This document shows positions 1 to 9,531 of a DNA stretch of 64,000 nt, piece by piece (within the stretch, counting starts at the first letter, position 1; each line of letters begins with the position of its first letter). The notes under the pieces are model-generated. The model was not told where the DNA came from. It did no database searches and saw only the letters and a program-made list of their open reading frames with translations. This DNA comes from a virus (taxonomy: Duplodnaviria; Caudoviricetes). Both the position numbers and the translations under genes were made by a program. Location of the stretch: the IMG/VR virus record IMGVR_UViG_2718218393_000006, positions 1 to 64,000 of that record; one strand, written 5' to 3'.

Positions 1-1065
1 TCACTTTGTCGGCATCACCTTCTTCCCCACCCTTCTGTAGACCGTCTCCGTGATTTGCTTGTCGGTATGGCCCAGCAGGTCGCTTGCCTGCTCCAGGCTG
101 TCGATATCGCTCGCGGCCCGTGGGCGGATGTCACGGAACTGGAACTGCCGGATCCGCCTAGCCAGATCCAGCGCATCTGGCGTGCCTGCCTTCAACGCCG
201 CCTCGATCGCAACCTCCCGGGCCGCATCCCAGCGCGCCCGCAAGGTCCAGCGATTGAGCGGATAGCCGCTGGCGGTAGACAGCAGCACCAGGCTATACAC
301 CTTGCGCGGTCTCCGCCTGATACGGTCCAGCAGCTGCCCCAACTGGGTGCGGCTACCATCCTCGGCATTCAGCAAGATGCGCAACTTGGCCCGCGTCTTG
401 TTCTGCCTCACCTCCAGCGCGCCATTGCGGATATCCGTCTCCTTCATCTTCAGCACATCCGCCGGCCGCTGGCCGGTCAGATAGGCCAGATCCATCGCAT
501 CCTGCAACTCCTCGCTGGCAACAGCGTAAACCGCGTCCCACACATCCTGTTCCGCGTAGTAATCGCGGGGCGTTTCCTTGTTCTTCCTCACGCCGCGGAC
601 AGGATTCTCCTTGGCCGTGTAGCCCCACTCCCGCGCCATGTTGAACACATGCGAAAACAACGAGATTTCCCGGTTGGCGCGCACCTTCGCAGACCGCTTG
701 TCCCGATACTTGGCGATGTGCTGCGGCGTGATGCTGTCGATCGGTGCAGAGTCAAACACCGGCCGCAGCTGGCGCAAGCTCAAACTGTTGTCCTGCTGTG
801 TTCGTGGCGCTTTATTCGGGATCACCTCCCGCTCGTAGCGCTCAAAAATGTGTTGCATCAGCCCCGTATCCACCGGCGCCGGCCGGCACTCAAACTCCGC
901 CCACTTGCGCAGCGCTTCATTCAGGTCCGTGCCCAGCGGCAGCTCCTTGCGCTTGCCCTCCTCATCGCGGCCATCGTAGTAGTAGCCCACCCACACCTTG
1001 CCGCTCTTCAAGCGCCGCCTACGCTCCAACATGCGCGGCGGCAGCTTCCGGCGCTTCGTCGCCAT
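1..1065 (-). CDS. int: Phage integrase (tyrosine recombinase)
   Basis: LTGQRPAD, QNKT, FRDIR, LLGH...VY catalytic motifs; N-terminal arm-binding region; start placed at MATKRRK. Confidence 0.93.
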   Translation of the reverse strand: MATKRRKLPPRMLERRRRLKSGKVWVGYYYDGRDEEGKRKELPLGTDLNEALRKWAEFECRPAPVDTGLMQHIFERYEREVIPNKAPRTQQDNSLSLRQLRPVFDSAPIDSITPQHIAKYRDKRSAKVRANREISLFSHVFNMAREWGYTAKENPVRGVRKNKETPRDYYAEQDVWDAVYAVASEELQDAMDLAYLTGQRPADVLKMKETDIRNGALEVRQNKTRAKLRILLNAEDGSRTQLGQLLDRIRRRPRKVYSLVLLSTASGYPLNRWTLRARWDAAREVAIEAALKAGTPDALDLARRIRQFQFRDIRPRAASDIDSLEQASDLLGHTDKQITETVYRRVGKKVMPTK

Positions 1066-1067
1066 AA

Positions 1068-1325
1068 CTACCTCACCTTCTCCAGATCCATATCCCAGCC
1101 GCCTGAGCCCGCCAGCTTGCCGGGATTGATCCCGGACAGCTTCAGCCTGGCGTACAGCCGTCCCACCACCGGATCGCCGGCGCGGGTGGTGTGATAGATC
1201 CAGTGATTGCTCTTGAGCCAATCCACTTGATCCTTTCGGCGCGAGCCGCCAGTGATAACCGTCAACTCCTCCGAGGTCAGCGTTTCACTTTGCAGCGCCA
1301 TATCCAACACCGATCCCATAGCCAC
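1068..1325 (-). CDS. Excisionase-like protein (DUF4224 type)
   Basis: Small protein directly upstream of int; LTxEELxxITG...QxxWL...G.PVV pattern. Confidence 0.75.
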   Translation of the reverse strand: MAMGSVLDMALQSETLTSEELTVITGGSRRKDQVDWLKSNHWIYHTTRAGDPVVGRLYARLKLSGINPGKLAGSGGWDMDLEKVR

Positions 1326-1326
1326 C

Positions 1327-4134
1327 TCACGGAATGTCGCGTTTGATCTCCGGCGCCGCCGACAGGCCCAACGCCTCCAGTTTGTTCAGGCTGATGGCCG
1401 TCATGTGGCCGATCCGCCGCCGGTCTATGGTCTTCTCCACGTCGTCCAGCATCTCGCCCCGCTTCACCGCCACCACGCCGCTGGCCAGCAGCTGGCTCTT
1501 GAAGATGCGGCCGGTTTTCACCGGCAGGCCATCGAACTTGGCGCGCAGGTGATTGGCGGTGGAAAGATGGTCCATGATGTGATTCGGCCGGATATACAGC
1601 AGCACGTCCGGGTTGCCCTCATCGTCCTGCGCGTCCTCCCAGCAGAACGGATGCTCGAAACGGCGGGCGTCCAGCTCGGACAGGGCGATTTCCATGATCC
1701 GCACCCAGGGCAGCCGCGTGCCGTCTGTCTCGGACAAGTGGCTGTTCATCTCCGCCAGCAAGTCCTCCACAAAATGGCCCTGGGCGGCGTCGATCTCGGC
1801 GAACTCGCAGAGCAGATGCCAGGCAGCCAGGATGGCGGCGTAGTTCTCCATCATCCGGTTGCTGGTAGCGTCCGCGTCGCCGGCGCGGCTCTTGGCCTGG
1901 CAGAAGCGCAGCATGCTCTTGTGCAGGTCGCGGATGCGCGCGGGCTCGGTGCCTGCCAGGAACTGCAGCCACGGCCACACAGGGAACTGCGGCAGCTCAT
2001 GCGGGATCATCGGCCCCTGCCGTTCCACCGTCAGCTTGGAGCGGCACACCTTGGATTGCAGGCTCTGGATGTCCACCTCTTCGCCGGCCAGCAGCACAGG
2101 GGCGCACATCAGGTACGGCGTCAGCGCCGCGCCGATCCGGGTGAACTCGAAGCGGTATGTGCTCTGCAGCAGGCCGTCGATGTCCGTCAAAATGGACTTG
2201 GGCAGCTTGGAGAATTCATCCCAGCCCACCGGGTTGGTGGTATAGGACACCGACGCGCGCCGGCGGTGGTCGGTCTTCAGCATCTGGCCAGACAGCACCT
2301 GAAACGAAAAGCTGCGCTGCATGCACTCCATCAGCTTGGACTTGCCGGAGCCCTTGTCCGCCTGCATTTCAAAGTGCGGGTAGAAGCCCAGCAGCATCTT
2401 CAAGTGCGCGCCCAGCGCCCACACCATGGGAATGGCCGCGGCGTTGTGCTTGAACGTCTCCTGGTAGGCGGCAATCACTTGCCGCGCCGCCTGCTTGCCG
2501 CCGCGGGGGAATGACAGGTTGTGATACAGGCACTGCCGGGCCGGCTCGGTGAAATAGCAGTCGTTGCCCTCCAGCGCCGCCAGCTCCCCGCCGCGCCACG
2601 CCAGGCCGACGAAGTTGACCACGTCGCGGGCGCCGATGTCGGCGGTGCGTTCCAGGATCGAAATCATTCGGGCGAACTCCTTGGGTTTCCAGATGTAGCC
2701 GAAGCGGCCGGCCCACCAATCCAGTGAAAAAATCTTGTCGTCGGTGATCACCGCGCGCTGCAGCGTGTTGCCGTGGCGCGCCACCTGGGCGCTCACGCCA
2801 AACACCGTTTCCGGCTGGTTGTCCGGCGTGCCGTTGATCGTGGCCAGATGGCTCTGGATCCGCAGGCGGGAAATGCCGGCGATGCGGAAGGCGCACAGGT
2901 CGCCAAACCCCTTCTCCTCCCGGCGAAACTTCCCGTCCTCGTCCTCGCAGTCCTTGTAGTCCTGCACGTATTGGGTGAAGTCGTCGGTCTGGCGAAAGCG
3001 CCAGTACACATTCCAGTCCAGCGTCGGCAGCCAGATACGCCGCCGGCCGTGCACCTCGTCCGCCGCGCCGGCCGGGTTGCCAGGAATCAGCCACGGCTCA
3101 ATCTGCTTCAGCCGCGCGCCCAGCCCCTCCGGGCCCTCGGCCTGCAGCACATCGTTGATGTCCTGGCCCTCCTCCCAATCCAGCATGTTGACGAAGCGGT
3201 TGGCGATATCCAGCGCCGTCAGCCGTTCATTCAACCGCCAGGCGGCGGCCAGGCCCGGGCGCGTATTGCTTCCCTCCTTCACCGGGTCCGTATGGTCCAG
3301 CGCAATTAGCACCTTCTTGCCGCGCAAGAACGAAAAGTCGATGCTCTCCACATTGCCCGTGCCGCGGATCGCATAGGCCACGTAGCCCTCCGGCCAGTAG
3401 CAGCTCTCCACCGACAGCGCATTGATGGGCGATTCCACGATGTACACCGTGTGGGCGCGCTTCAAGCGGCCCAGATCGCTGTACCAGCCGTAGCCGGATT
3501 TCTCGCCCTGGCACTGGGTTTTCACCCCGCCGTTCAAGCCCGGATCCTGATAGCGCATATCTACCGCCACCACCCGCCCCGGGTTCAGCGTGCGCACGAT
3601 GAAAGCCGCCGCCGCGCCACCGTGGCCGGGCTCGCCGGCCGGCACCTTGTTGGACGTCCAGTTGTTCCAGCCAATCATCCGGTTCTTCAACGCCATCGCC
3701 AGCGCCGCCTCGGTGATGCCCCGGCCCTGCAGGTACTCCAGCACCGGCTCAACCTCCTGCAGGCATCGATCCGCAATCCACTCCTCCGTCGATTTGCGCG
3801 CCGGCGCCGCCGGCGTGTCCGGCGACGGTATCGGCAGGCCGAACCAATCCCCCAACAGCCGGGCCGCCTCCATGTGATCGCCCGCCATGCCGGCGTAAAT
3901 CACCAGATCAATCGCCGTCCCGCCGTTACCCGTCGTGTGGTCCTTCCAGCCCGCCCCGTAGCGCCCCTTGTCCGCCCCGTGTATCGACAGGCTGGGCTGC
4001 TTCTCCTTGCGCGCCGGGCTGAAATAGTTGCCCCGCCCGCCGTCGCGGCGCATGCCCAAACGCGCCGCCACCTCATGCAAATCCAGCTCTTTCAGGCGAG
4101 CGAACCACTCCGCCATGCGCGGATTCTGTGCCAT
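1327..4134 (-). CDS. Phage primase/helicase (TOPRIM + P-loop NTPase)
   Basis: TOPRIM-like YIVESPINALS, IALD and GQDIND motifs; Walker A ADKGSGKS; Walker B VGWDE. Confidence 0.85.
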   Translation of the reverse strand: MAQNPRMAEWFARLKELDLHEVAARLGMRRDGGRGNYFSPARKEKQPSLSIHGADKGRYGAGWKDHTTGNGGTAIDLVIYAGMAGDHMEAARLLGDWFGLPIPSPDTPAAPARKSTEEWIADRCLQEVEPVLEYLQGRGITEAALAMALKNRMIGWNNWTSNKVPAGEPGHGGAAAAFIVRTLNPGRVVAVDMRYQDPGLNGGVKTQCQGEKSGYGWYSDLGRLKRAHTVYIVESPINALSVESCYWPEGYVAYAIRGTGNVESIDFSFLRGKKVLIALDHTDPVKEGSNTRPGLAAAWRLNERLTALDIANRFVNMLDWEEGQDINDVLQAEGPEGLGARLKQIEPWLIPGNPAGAADEVHGRRRIWLPTLDWNVYWRFRQTDDFTQYVQDYKDCEDEDGKFRREEKGFGDLCAFRIAGISRLRIQSHLATINGTPDNQPETVFGVSAQVARHGNTLQRAVITDDKIFSLDWWAGRFGYIWKPKEFARMISILERTADIGARDVVNFVGLAWRGGELAALEGNDCYFTEPARQCLYHNLSFPRGGKQAARQVIAAYQETFKHNAAAIPMVWALGAHLKMLLGFYPHFEMQADKGSGKSKLMECMQRSFSFQVLSGQMLKTDHRRRASVSYTTNPVGWDEFSKLPKSILTDIDGLLQSTYRFEFTRIGAALTPYLMCAPVLLAGEEVDIQSLQSKVCRSKLTVERQGPMIPHELPQFPVWPWLQFLAGTEPARIRDLHKSMLRFCQAKSRAGDADATSNRMMENYAAILAAWHLLCEFAEIDAAQGHFVEDLLAEMNSHLSETDGTRLPWVRIMEIALSELDARRFEHPFCWEDAQDDEGNPDVLLYIRPNHIMDHLSTANHLRAKFDGLPVKTGRIFKSQLLASGVVAVKRGEMLDDVEKTIDRRRIGHMTAISLNKLEALGLSAAPEIKRDIP

Positions 4135-4145
4135 GGTGTTCTCGC

Positions 4146-4556
4146 TTATCGGTAGGCAGGTGTGGCGCCGGCCAGCGCCAGATCAGCGGCGATCGCCACC
4201 CTCAGCCCGCAATCGTGGGCGAACAACACCGCGCGCAGCGCCGGCAGCGCCGCCATGCGCCAGCCGGTCACGGCCACGTTCGCCAGCCTGGCCACCACGT
4301 CGGTGAAATCCGGGTTGTCCAAATCCACCTCCGCGCCAGCCGCGTCCGCGTCAATCACCGCGCACGCCTCCTCCCACGGCACCGGGCACCCGTCCACCAG
4401 CCCCAGCAGCGAGCCATCCAGAGCATGCAGCGGAGCCACCGCCACCAGCCCCTGCTCCGCCACAATCGCGTGGCCAAAGCTGCGGAAGGCGCGCCTGTCG
4501 GCGCTGAACGGAAGTAAGGTCTTGATATTTGCCATTGCCACACCTGTTTGTTTCAT
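4146..4556 (-). CDS. Hypothetical phage protein
   Basis: Tightly packed in the early operon. Confidence 0.65.
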   Translation of the reverse strand: MKQTGVAMANIKTLLPFSADRRAFRSFGHAIVAEQGLVAVAPLHALDGSLLGLVDGCPVPWEEACAVIDADAAGAEVDLDNPDFTDVVARLANVAVTGWRMAALPALRAVLFAHDCGLRVAIAADLALAGATPAYR

Positions 4557-5101
4557 GCGCCGATCAAATTCAGCTGCGCGGTCGCCTCAAACATCCCGCA
4601 AAAGCTGGCCACAGCCTCCTCGATCGACATCGGTTTGATGCGTTCCGGCAGCGGCGCCACCCCCGCCAGAATCGGCCACTCCACCCCAGACTGCGGCATC
4701 AAGTCCCGCCGCTCCGTCGCCAGCAGCACCAGGTCCGCGCGGCGGATCTCCGCCCGGTCCTCCTCGCTCAGCTGCAAGCGGAACCGCAGCTCGATCGCTG
4801 CCGCCAGCAGCCCCTCCGTGTACTGGTAGCTCGGCAGCACCCGCTTCAGCGGCGTCACCACATCGCCCACATAGGCCTCGGCCGCGTCATGCAGCAGCCC
4901 GGCCAGCTGCAGCCTCGCCGGCAGGATCCGCGCCACCCGCACCGAATGCTCCGCCACGCTGTAAAACGGCCGGCACGCCCCGCCAAAGCGGCAGATATGC
5001 GCCAAGTGATGGACAATTTCATGGATCTCGATGTCCGCCGGCGACGGATGCAGCAAATCCACCAGCCGGCCCGTCACGGTTTCGATGATGGCCGTAGTCA
5101 T
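4553..5101 (-). CDS. HD-domain phosphohydrolase (YfbR-like deoxynucleotidase)
   Basis: RFGG...YSVAEHS...LLHDAAEAYVGD motif; start at MTTAII overlaps upstream stop. Confidence 0.85.
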   Translation of the reverse strand: MTTAIIETVTGRLVDLLHPSPADIEIHEIVHHLAHICRFGGACRPFYSVAEHSVRVARILPARLQLAGLLHDAAEAYVGDVVTPLKRVLPSYQYTEGLLAAAIELRFRLQLSEEDRAEIRRADLVLLATERRDLMPQSGVEWPILAGVAPLPERIKPMSIEEAVASFCGMFEATAQLNLIGA

Positions 5102-5403
5102 TCCGCGCGCTCCCCTGCAGCCTCCGCCGCCTTCACCTGCGCCAGCAGCGGCTGGATGTCGATATCGCCGGCCAGCAGCGCGCGCAGCACGCGGGCGTTG
5201 TGGCGGTTGATCTTCTCCAGCTCGATACCGTGGATATGCACCACGCTCACCAGCGTCTGCACCGGACGCGGAATGTTGCGGCCCGACTCGTAGCGGCTGC
5301 CGCCGGACTGGGTCACGCCAATGCGGCTCCAAAACTGCTGCTGGTTCAGGCCGGTCTGGCGGCGGATTTCGCGGGCGGTTTGGTTCAATTGGGTCTTCAT
5401 CAC
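5098..5403 (-). CDS. RsaL-like HTH transcriptional regulator
   Basis: NQQQFWSRIGVTQSGGSRYESGR resembles the Pseudomonas RsaL HTH signature (FWSRFGISQSCGSRFENG, recalled from memory). Confidence 0.75.
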   Translation of the reverse strand: MMKTQLNQTAREIRRQTGLNQQQFWSRIGVTQSGGSRYESGRNIPRPVQTLVSVVHIHGIELEKINRHNARVLRALLAGDIDIQPLLAQVKAAEAAGERAE

Positions 5404-5425
5404 GGGTTCCTTGAAAAAATAGGGA

Positions 5426-5767
5426 TCAGTCCAGAATCAGCTGGATGGCCGGCAGGTTTTCGTCCTTGCCATCCGTGGGCGCCAGCAGCCAGCGGCCAGC
5501 CGACTGCCTCACCAGCGCCAGCCGGTGGCGCTGGCACACCCCGCCCAGCTGCGCCGTGTCCTGAATCGGCCGGCCCAGGCGGATGAACAAGCCGCAGGTG
5601 GGGTGATAGCTGGCCAGCGCCTGCAGCGGCGTCTCGCGGTTGATGTCCGCCGCCACGTCGTCCACCCGGTCAAACCAGTGGTGCTGGCGCTCCAGCGCGG
5701 ACAGCACCGCGCGGTAGCTGTTGGTGTGGTGCTGCAGCGCTTGGGTGTAGAGGGTCGTCATCGTCAT
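5426..5767 (-). CDS. Hypothetical phage protein
   Basis: Operon position and strand. Confidence 0.6.
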   Translation of the reverse strand: MTMTTLYTQALQHHTNSYRAVLSALERQHHWFDRVDDVAADINRETPLQALASYHPTCGLFIRLGRPIQDTAQLGGVCQRHRLALVRQSAGRWLLAPTDGKDENLPAIQLILD

Positions 5768-5773
5768 CCCCCG

Positions 5774-6316
5774 TCACACCGGCAGCGACTGCTGTTTCAG
5801 CGCCGGGGCCAAATCCTCTAGGCTGCCCACGCCCTTGCCCAACATCCGGGACAGCTGCACCAGGTCGGAATACAGCTCCACCGCCGCGCCGCGTGCCTGC
5901 ACTGAGGCCAAATCGCGCACCAGCGTGCGCCGGTACTTCAGCGCCGCCATGAACTGGCTCTGCGACATCGTGGCCCCCACCCGCGGCGCCGCATGGCCCT
6001 CCAGCACATCCAACACCCAGCGGCGGAAATCGCGGGCGCGCTCGGTGCGGGCAAACATCCCCAGCAGATAGCAACCCCGCGGCGAAAAGATGCGCACCGA
6101 CTGCGAGCCGCCGGCAGTTTGCAGGTCCACTACTTGGGTCATGTCTTCGGTAAACTCGTCCGCATTCCGATTGAAAAGATCCGAGGCTTGGTCGGCACGG
6201 GAGTAACCCAAGGCTACAGAGATTTGCTGTCCCCTTAGCCACGGCCGGTTATGGATATCCACCACGTCAAATTCCACTTCCTGAAAGCTCAGCACTGCGG
6301 TATGGGCAAATTGCAT
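5774..6316 (-). CDS. BRO-N domain protein (antirepressor-like)
   Basis: ALGY...FNRNADEF...VRIFSPRGCYLLGMFARTERARDFRRWVLD; GGAG RBS before MQFAH. Confidence 0.85.
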   Translation of the reverse strand: MQFAHTAVLSFQEVEFDVVDIHNRPWLRGQQISVALGYSRADQASDLFNRNADEFTEDMTQVVDLQTAGGSQSVRIFSPRGCYLLGMFARTERARDFRRWVLDVLEGHAAPRVGATMSQSQFMAALKYRRTLVRDLASVQARGAAVELYSDLVQLSRMLGKGVGSLEDLAPALKQQSLPV

Positions 6317-6398
6317 TTCGTGTTCTCCAGAAATTGCCGGTAGGCCGGCGGTCCCTGCGTTTAAGAATTTTCGGAGGGGACAGAAGAGCTCTGTCCCC

Positions 6399-7040
6399 TT
6401 AGCCCGCCCTCCGCCGATACGCCCGGCGCAGCTGGGCCCGCGTGGTGCGCTGGCCGCCGCTGCCATCCAGCGCCACCAGCTCCCGCTCAATCTCTTCGCG
6501 ACTCGGGGCGGCATAGATCGCCGTGCTGTTGAGGCTGGAATGGCCCAGCGCGCTCTTCACGATCAGCAGCGGCTCCTTCGCCTCGCTGCTGCGCAAGATA
6601 TCCATCGCCCGGGTATGGCGCATCCAGTGCGGCGACACCGGCAGCGTGATGCCCGCCTCCGTCGCCCAGTGGCGAAACCGCAGCTGCACCGCCCGCGCCG
6701 TCAGCGCCTCGCCAAACCGGCCGGTAATCAGCGGATCGGCGCCGTTCTGCGACGGGTTCATGTTCAGCAGCGCCACCAGATGCATGCGCAGCGGCTTGGT
6801 CAGCAGCACCGAATGGTCCTGCTTGCCGCCCTTGCGGTGTGCCGCCGGGATGTAGAGATAGCCCGCCTTCAGCGCGTCCCAGGCATCCGCCAGGGACACC
6901 GCCAGAAACTCGCTGATGCGGCAGCCGCTGTAGTACAGCGCGCTCATCAGGTGGTAGTCCCGCTGGGCCAAGTCGTCGTTGGTCTTGTACGCGGCGTTGA
7001 ACAGCAGATGCCGCTCAGCCGGCGTCAAATAGCGTTTCAT
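6399..7040 (-). CDS. Small (213 aa) catalytic-domain-only tyrosine recombinase, FimB/FimE-like
   Basis: GCRISE, RKGGK, HWMRH, LGH and TAIY all intact; AGGAG RBS before MKRYLT. Confidence 0.88.
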   Translation of the reverse strand: MKRYLTPAERHLLFNAAYKTNDDLAQRDYHLMSALYYSGCRISEFLAVSLADAWDALKAGYLYIPAAHRKGGKQDHSVLLTKPLRMHLVALLNMNPSQNGADPLITGRFGEALTARAVQLRFRHWATEAGITLPVSPHWMRHTRAMDILRSSEAKEPLLIVKSALGHSSLNSTAIYAAPSREEIERELVALDGSGGQRTTRAQLRRAYRRRAG

Positions 7041-7060
7041 GGTTCTCTCCTTGAAAGTCG

Positions 7061-7396
7061 TCAGGCGGTGGCGGGCATGACAACCAGGGCGAAGTCCGCG
7101 CCTGGCTCCTCCGCGGCGTCCACCACCACATGCGTCGGGGTCACAGCCTGTACCCACAGCCACAGGCGCTTGCCGCACACCGTCAGCTGGATGTGCTCAT
7201 CCGGCAAAACGGCAAACCGGCTAGGCACCCGGTCCCGGGCCAAACACTCCACCGACAAGCCTCCGCCGTCGCGGCGGAAACAAACCGATGCCGAATCGGT
7301 TACGCCGTACACCACCGCCCACTCGCCCAAAGCGATATGAAAACGGCCAGAACGGTTTTGATGCCCAGGGGTAAACAGCTGAATCAGATTGCTCAC
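7061..7396 (-). CDS. Hypothetical phage protein
   Basis: Operon packing; start overlaps upstream stop. Confidence 0.6.
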   Translation of the reverse strand: MSNLIQLFTPGHQNRSGRFHIALGEWAVVYGVTDSASVCFRRDGGGLSVECLARDRVPSRFAVLPDEHIQLTVCGKRLWLWVQAVTPTHVVVDAAEEPGADFALVVMPATA

Positions 7397-7578
7397 TGCT
7401 TTCTCCTCATCAGAACCAGCGCGGTGCGCTTGATGCAGATCGCCAGCGCCGGGTTTTCCATGGCGGACTCGAACGGCTGCCGCAGCCTGGCGCGCTGATG
7501 CGCCACGCGCAGCGCCTGTTCGGTCAGTTCGCCAGCGTCGGGGTCGAGCGGGAGGGCAAGTTGCCGTTGGCGTCGCAT
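7393..7578 (-). CDS. Hypothetical phage protein
   Basis: Small ORF in the early operon. Confidence 0.55.
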   Translation of the reverse strand: MRRQRQLALPLDPDAGELTEQALRVAHQRARLRQPFESAMENPALAICIKRTALVLMRRKQ

Positions 7579-8054
7579 GGTTTCACCACCAGGCTGCCGA
7601 AACGGTTACGCAGCTCCACGATGGCGGCGATCCACTCCATCAGCTCGCAATCCACCTCGTTGAACTCGTCCTGGGTCACGATGCCGTCGGCCAGCGCCTC
7701 GTTCATGCAGCGGTGCACATCGCCGCCCTCGGCGTGGACCTTGTTCACCAGATCCAGCAGCGCGGAATCGGACACGTTGTCCAGCCTCGGCAACTGGTAG
7801 CGCGCGCTGTCAAACAGCCGGCACAGCGCGTCCAGCGGCGACAGGTCTTGGGTGATGCGCAACACCTGGATGAAGTCATCCAGCGTGGCTTTGTGGTGAT
7901 GGGTGACGGGCGCCAGCTTGTTGGTCAGCACGCCGGCGGAGACGCGCATCACGCCCGCCAGTTTGGTGATGCCAAAGGCCTTGGCCGAAAGATGCAGCGC
8001 GCCAAACACGTCGGCCGGGGCCGACGGCAGGCTTGCCGCCATGGAAGTGTTCAT
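7524..8054 (-). CDS. Phage regulatory protein, CII/YmfL family
   Basis: N-terminal HTH (LAGVMRVSAGVLTNKL); C-terminal ALADGIVTQDE motif; downstream of cro; AGGAG RBS. Confidence 0.8.
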   Translation of the reverse strand: MNTSMAASLPSAPADVFGALHLSAKAFGITKLAGVMRVSAGVLTNKLAPVTHHHKATLDDFIQVLRITQDLSPLDALCRLFDSARYQLPRLDNVSDSALLDLVNKVHAEGGDVHRCMNEALADGIVTQDEFNEVDCELMEWIAAIVELRNRFGSLVVKPCDANGNLPSRSTPTLAN

Positions 8055-8177
8055 TTGTATTAACTCCTGCTGGTTCCCACTTGTCGTGGGTCTAACAGGC
8101 GCCGATACTGGAGTTGCCACACCGTAGTATCAGCACCACCCCGCGCCGCCCGCACTTAGCCCGTGCCGGCGGCGCAC

Positions 8178-8390
8178 TCATTCATCCGGGTACAAAATCT
8201 TGGTGACCGGAATGTCCAAAACCTGTGCCAGCCGCTTTGCCAGATCGGGCGAGGCGTTGTCCTTCCTGCTTTCCAGGCGACTGATATGGCCTTGAGTTAC
8301 CGACACTTGCCGGGCCAATTCCGGCTGAGTCATTCCCATACGTTTGCGAGCCTCGCGCAGAGGGCTAAGCACCATTTTTATGTCCTCCAT
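8178..8390 (-). CDS. cro: Cro-like XRE HTH regulator
   Basis: LREARKRMGMTQPELA...QGHISRLE; divergent from the repressors. Confidence 0.85.
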   Translation of the reverse strand: MEDIKMVLSPLREARKRMGMTQPELARQVSVTQGHISRLESRKDNASPDLAKRLAQVLDIPVTKILYPDE

Positions 8391-8485
8391 GCATGTATGT
8401 CAGTTGCAAATATGTTCCATAGGCATTAAAAAGTCAACGATAAAATACATTACGCAAATATGCGCAACACACATAAAATTGGACA
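8391..8485. promoter_or_regulatory. Divergent immunity promoter/operator region
   Basis: Leftward TTGACT(8437-8432)-N17-CATATT(8414-8409); rightward TAAAAT (8474-8479) 6 nt before the repressor ATG; GCAAATATG repeated at 8406 and 8454. Confidence 0.65.
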
Positions 8486-8827
8486 ATGATCGGATCCCGC
8501 ATAAAAGAAGCTCGCAAGGCGCGAAAGCAATCCCAGCAATGGCTGGCGGACGAAGTGGGTGTCCTCCAGTCATCTGTCAGCGCGTGGGAAATTGGCCGTA
8601 GCGAGCCAACCACCGAAAACCTTTCGCGCATCGCTCAGGTGTTGCGTGTAAGCCATGACTGGCTAGCAACCGGTCGTGGTGGAATGCATCTCAGCGCCAC
8701 TCCCGTTCAGGTAAATGACCACGTTCCTCTCAATGCGGATGAGGCCGAACTTCTGGACAGGTACAGAACCCTGGGGGCAAGCACTAGACAAGCACTCATG
8801 GTGATCATGCGATCGCTCACCAAATAG
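8486..8827 (+). CDS. XRE HTH repressor, copy A (no S24 peptidase domain)
   Basis: RIKEARK...SQQWLADEVGV HTH. Confidence 0.88.
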   Translation: MIGSRIKEARKARKQSQQWLADEVGVLQSSVSAWEIGRSEPTTENLSRIAQVLRVSHDWLATGRGGMHLSATPVQVNDHVPLNADEAELLDRYRTLGASTRQALMVIMRSLTK

Positions 8828-8833
8828 CCCGCC

Positions 8834-9181
8834 ATGATAGGCAACCGAATCAAAGAAGCGCGGACGGCGCGTAAGCACTCTCAGCAGTGGCTGGCTGACG
8901 AAGTCGGAGTCACACAAGCCAGTGCCTGCAGTTGGGAGCAAGGCAAAACCGATCCCACAACCGAGAACCTCTCCCGAATCGCCCTAGTCCTGCGCGTCAG
9001 CCACGACTGGCTAGCCACCGGCCGCGGAGCGATGGAGTTGAGCTACGTTCCCGCTGAGATTCCACCTGCAGAACTACCACTGGGCGAAGACCAGAAGAAT
9101 CTTCTGGAGCTGTTCGAACAGCTCCCGCGGGACAAGCGCGCCACCCTGCTGCAGTTCATGCGTGACTGGCTGAAGAAGTGA
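8834..9181 (+). CDS. XRE HTH repressor, copy B (paralog of A)
   Basis: N-terminal ~67 aa closely similar to copy A. Confidence 0.88.
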   Translation: MIGNRIKEARTARKHSQQWLADEVGVTQASACSWEQGKTDPTTENLSRIALVLRVSHDWLATGRGAMELSYVPAEIPPAELPLGEDQKNLLELFEQLPRDKRATLLQFMRDWLKK

Positions 9182-9531
9182 AGCCCGCTGCCGCCCTCCT
9201 TGCCCTCTTCCTCGCCCTGCCGGCCGCCGCCGCGCCGCAAGCCGACGCCCGCGAGCTGCTGGACTGGCTGCACGCCGCCCGCGACGACATCAACCGGGCC
9301 GGGAAGGCAAAGGACAAGGTGGCGTTGGGCAGGCTGCGGCGCGAGGCCGCGCAGCGGCTGAACGCATGGCCGGAGAGCGCGGGCTTTCCTGACTGCCGCG
9401 CCGCGCTGGCGGAGATGGTGGATTTTCTGAACGCCTATCAGCGCAAGGACTACGCCGGGCGGGACCGGAACGGCTGGCGCTTCCGGCGGCATCTGGCCGG
9501 TTGCGAGCATGCAGTGGCCGGTAATTGGTAA
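9178..9531 (+). CDS. Putative secreted protein co-transcribed with the repressors
   Basis: Signal peptide MKPAAALLALFLALPAAA; GTGA overlap with repressor B. Confidence 0.7.
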   Translation: MKPAAALLALFLALPAAAAPQADARELLDWLHAARDDINRAGKAKDKVALGRLRREAAQRLNAWPESAGFPDCRAALAEMVDFLNAYQRKDYAGRDRNGWRFRRHLAGCEHAVAGNW

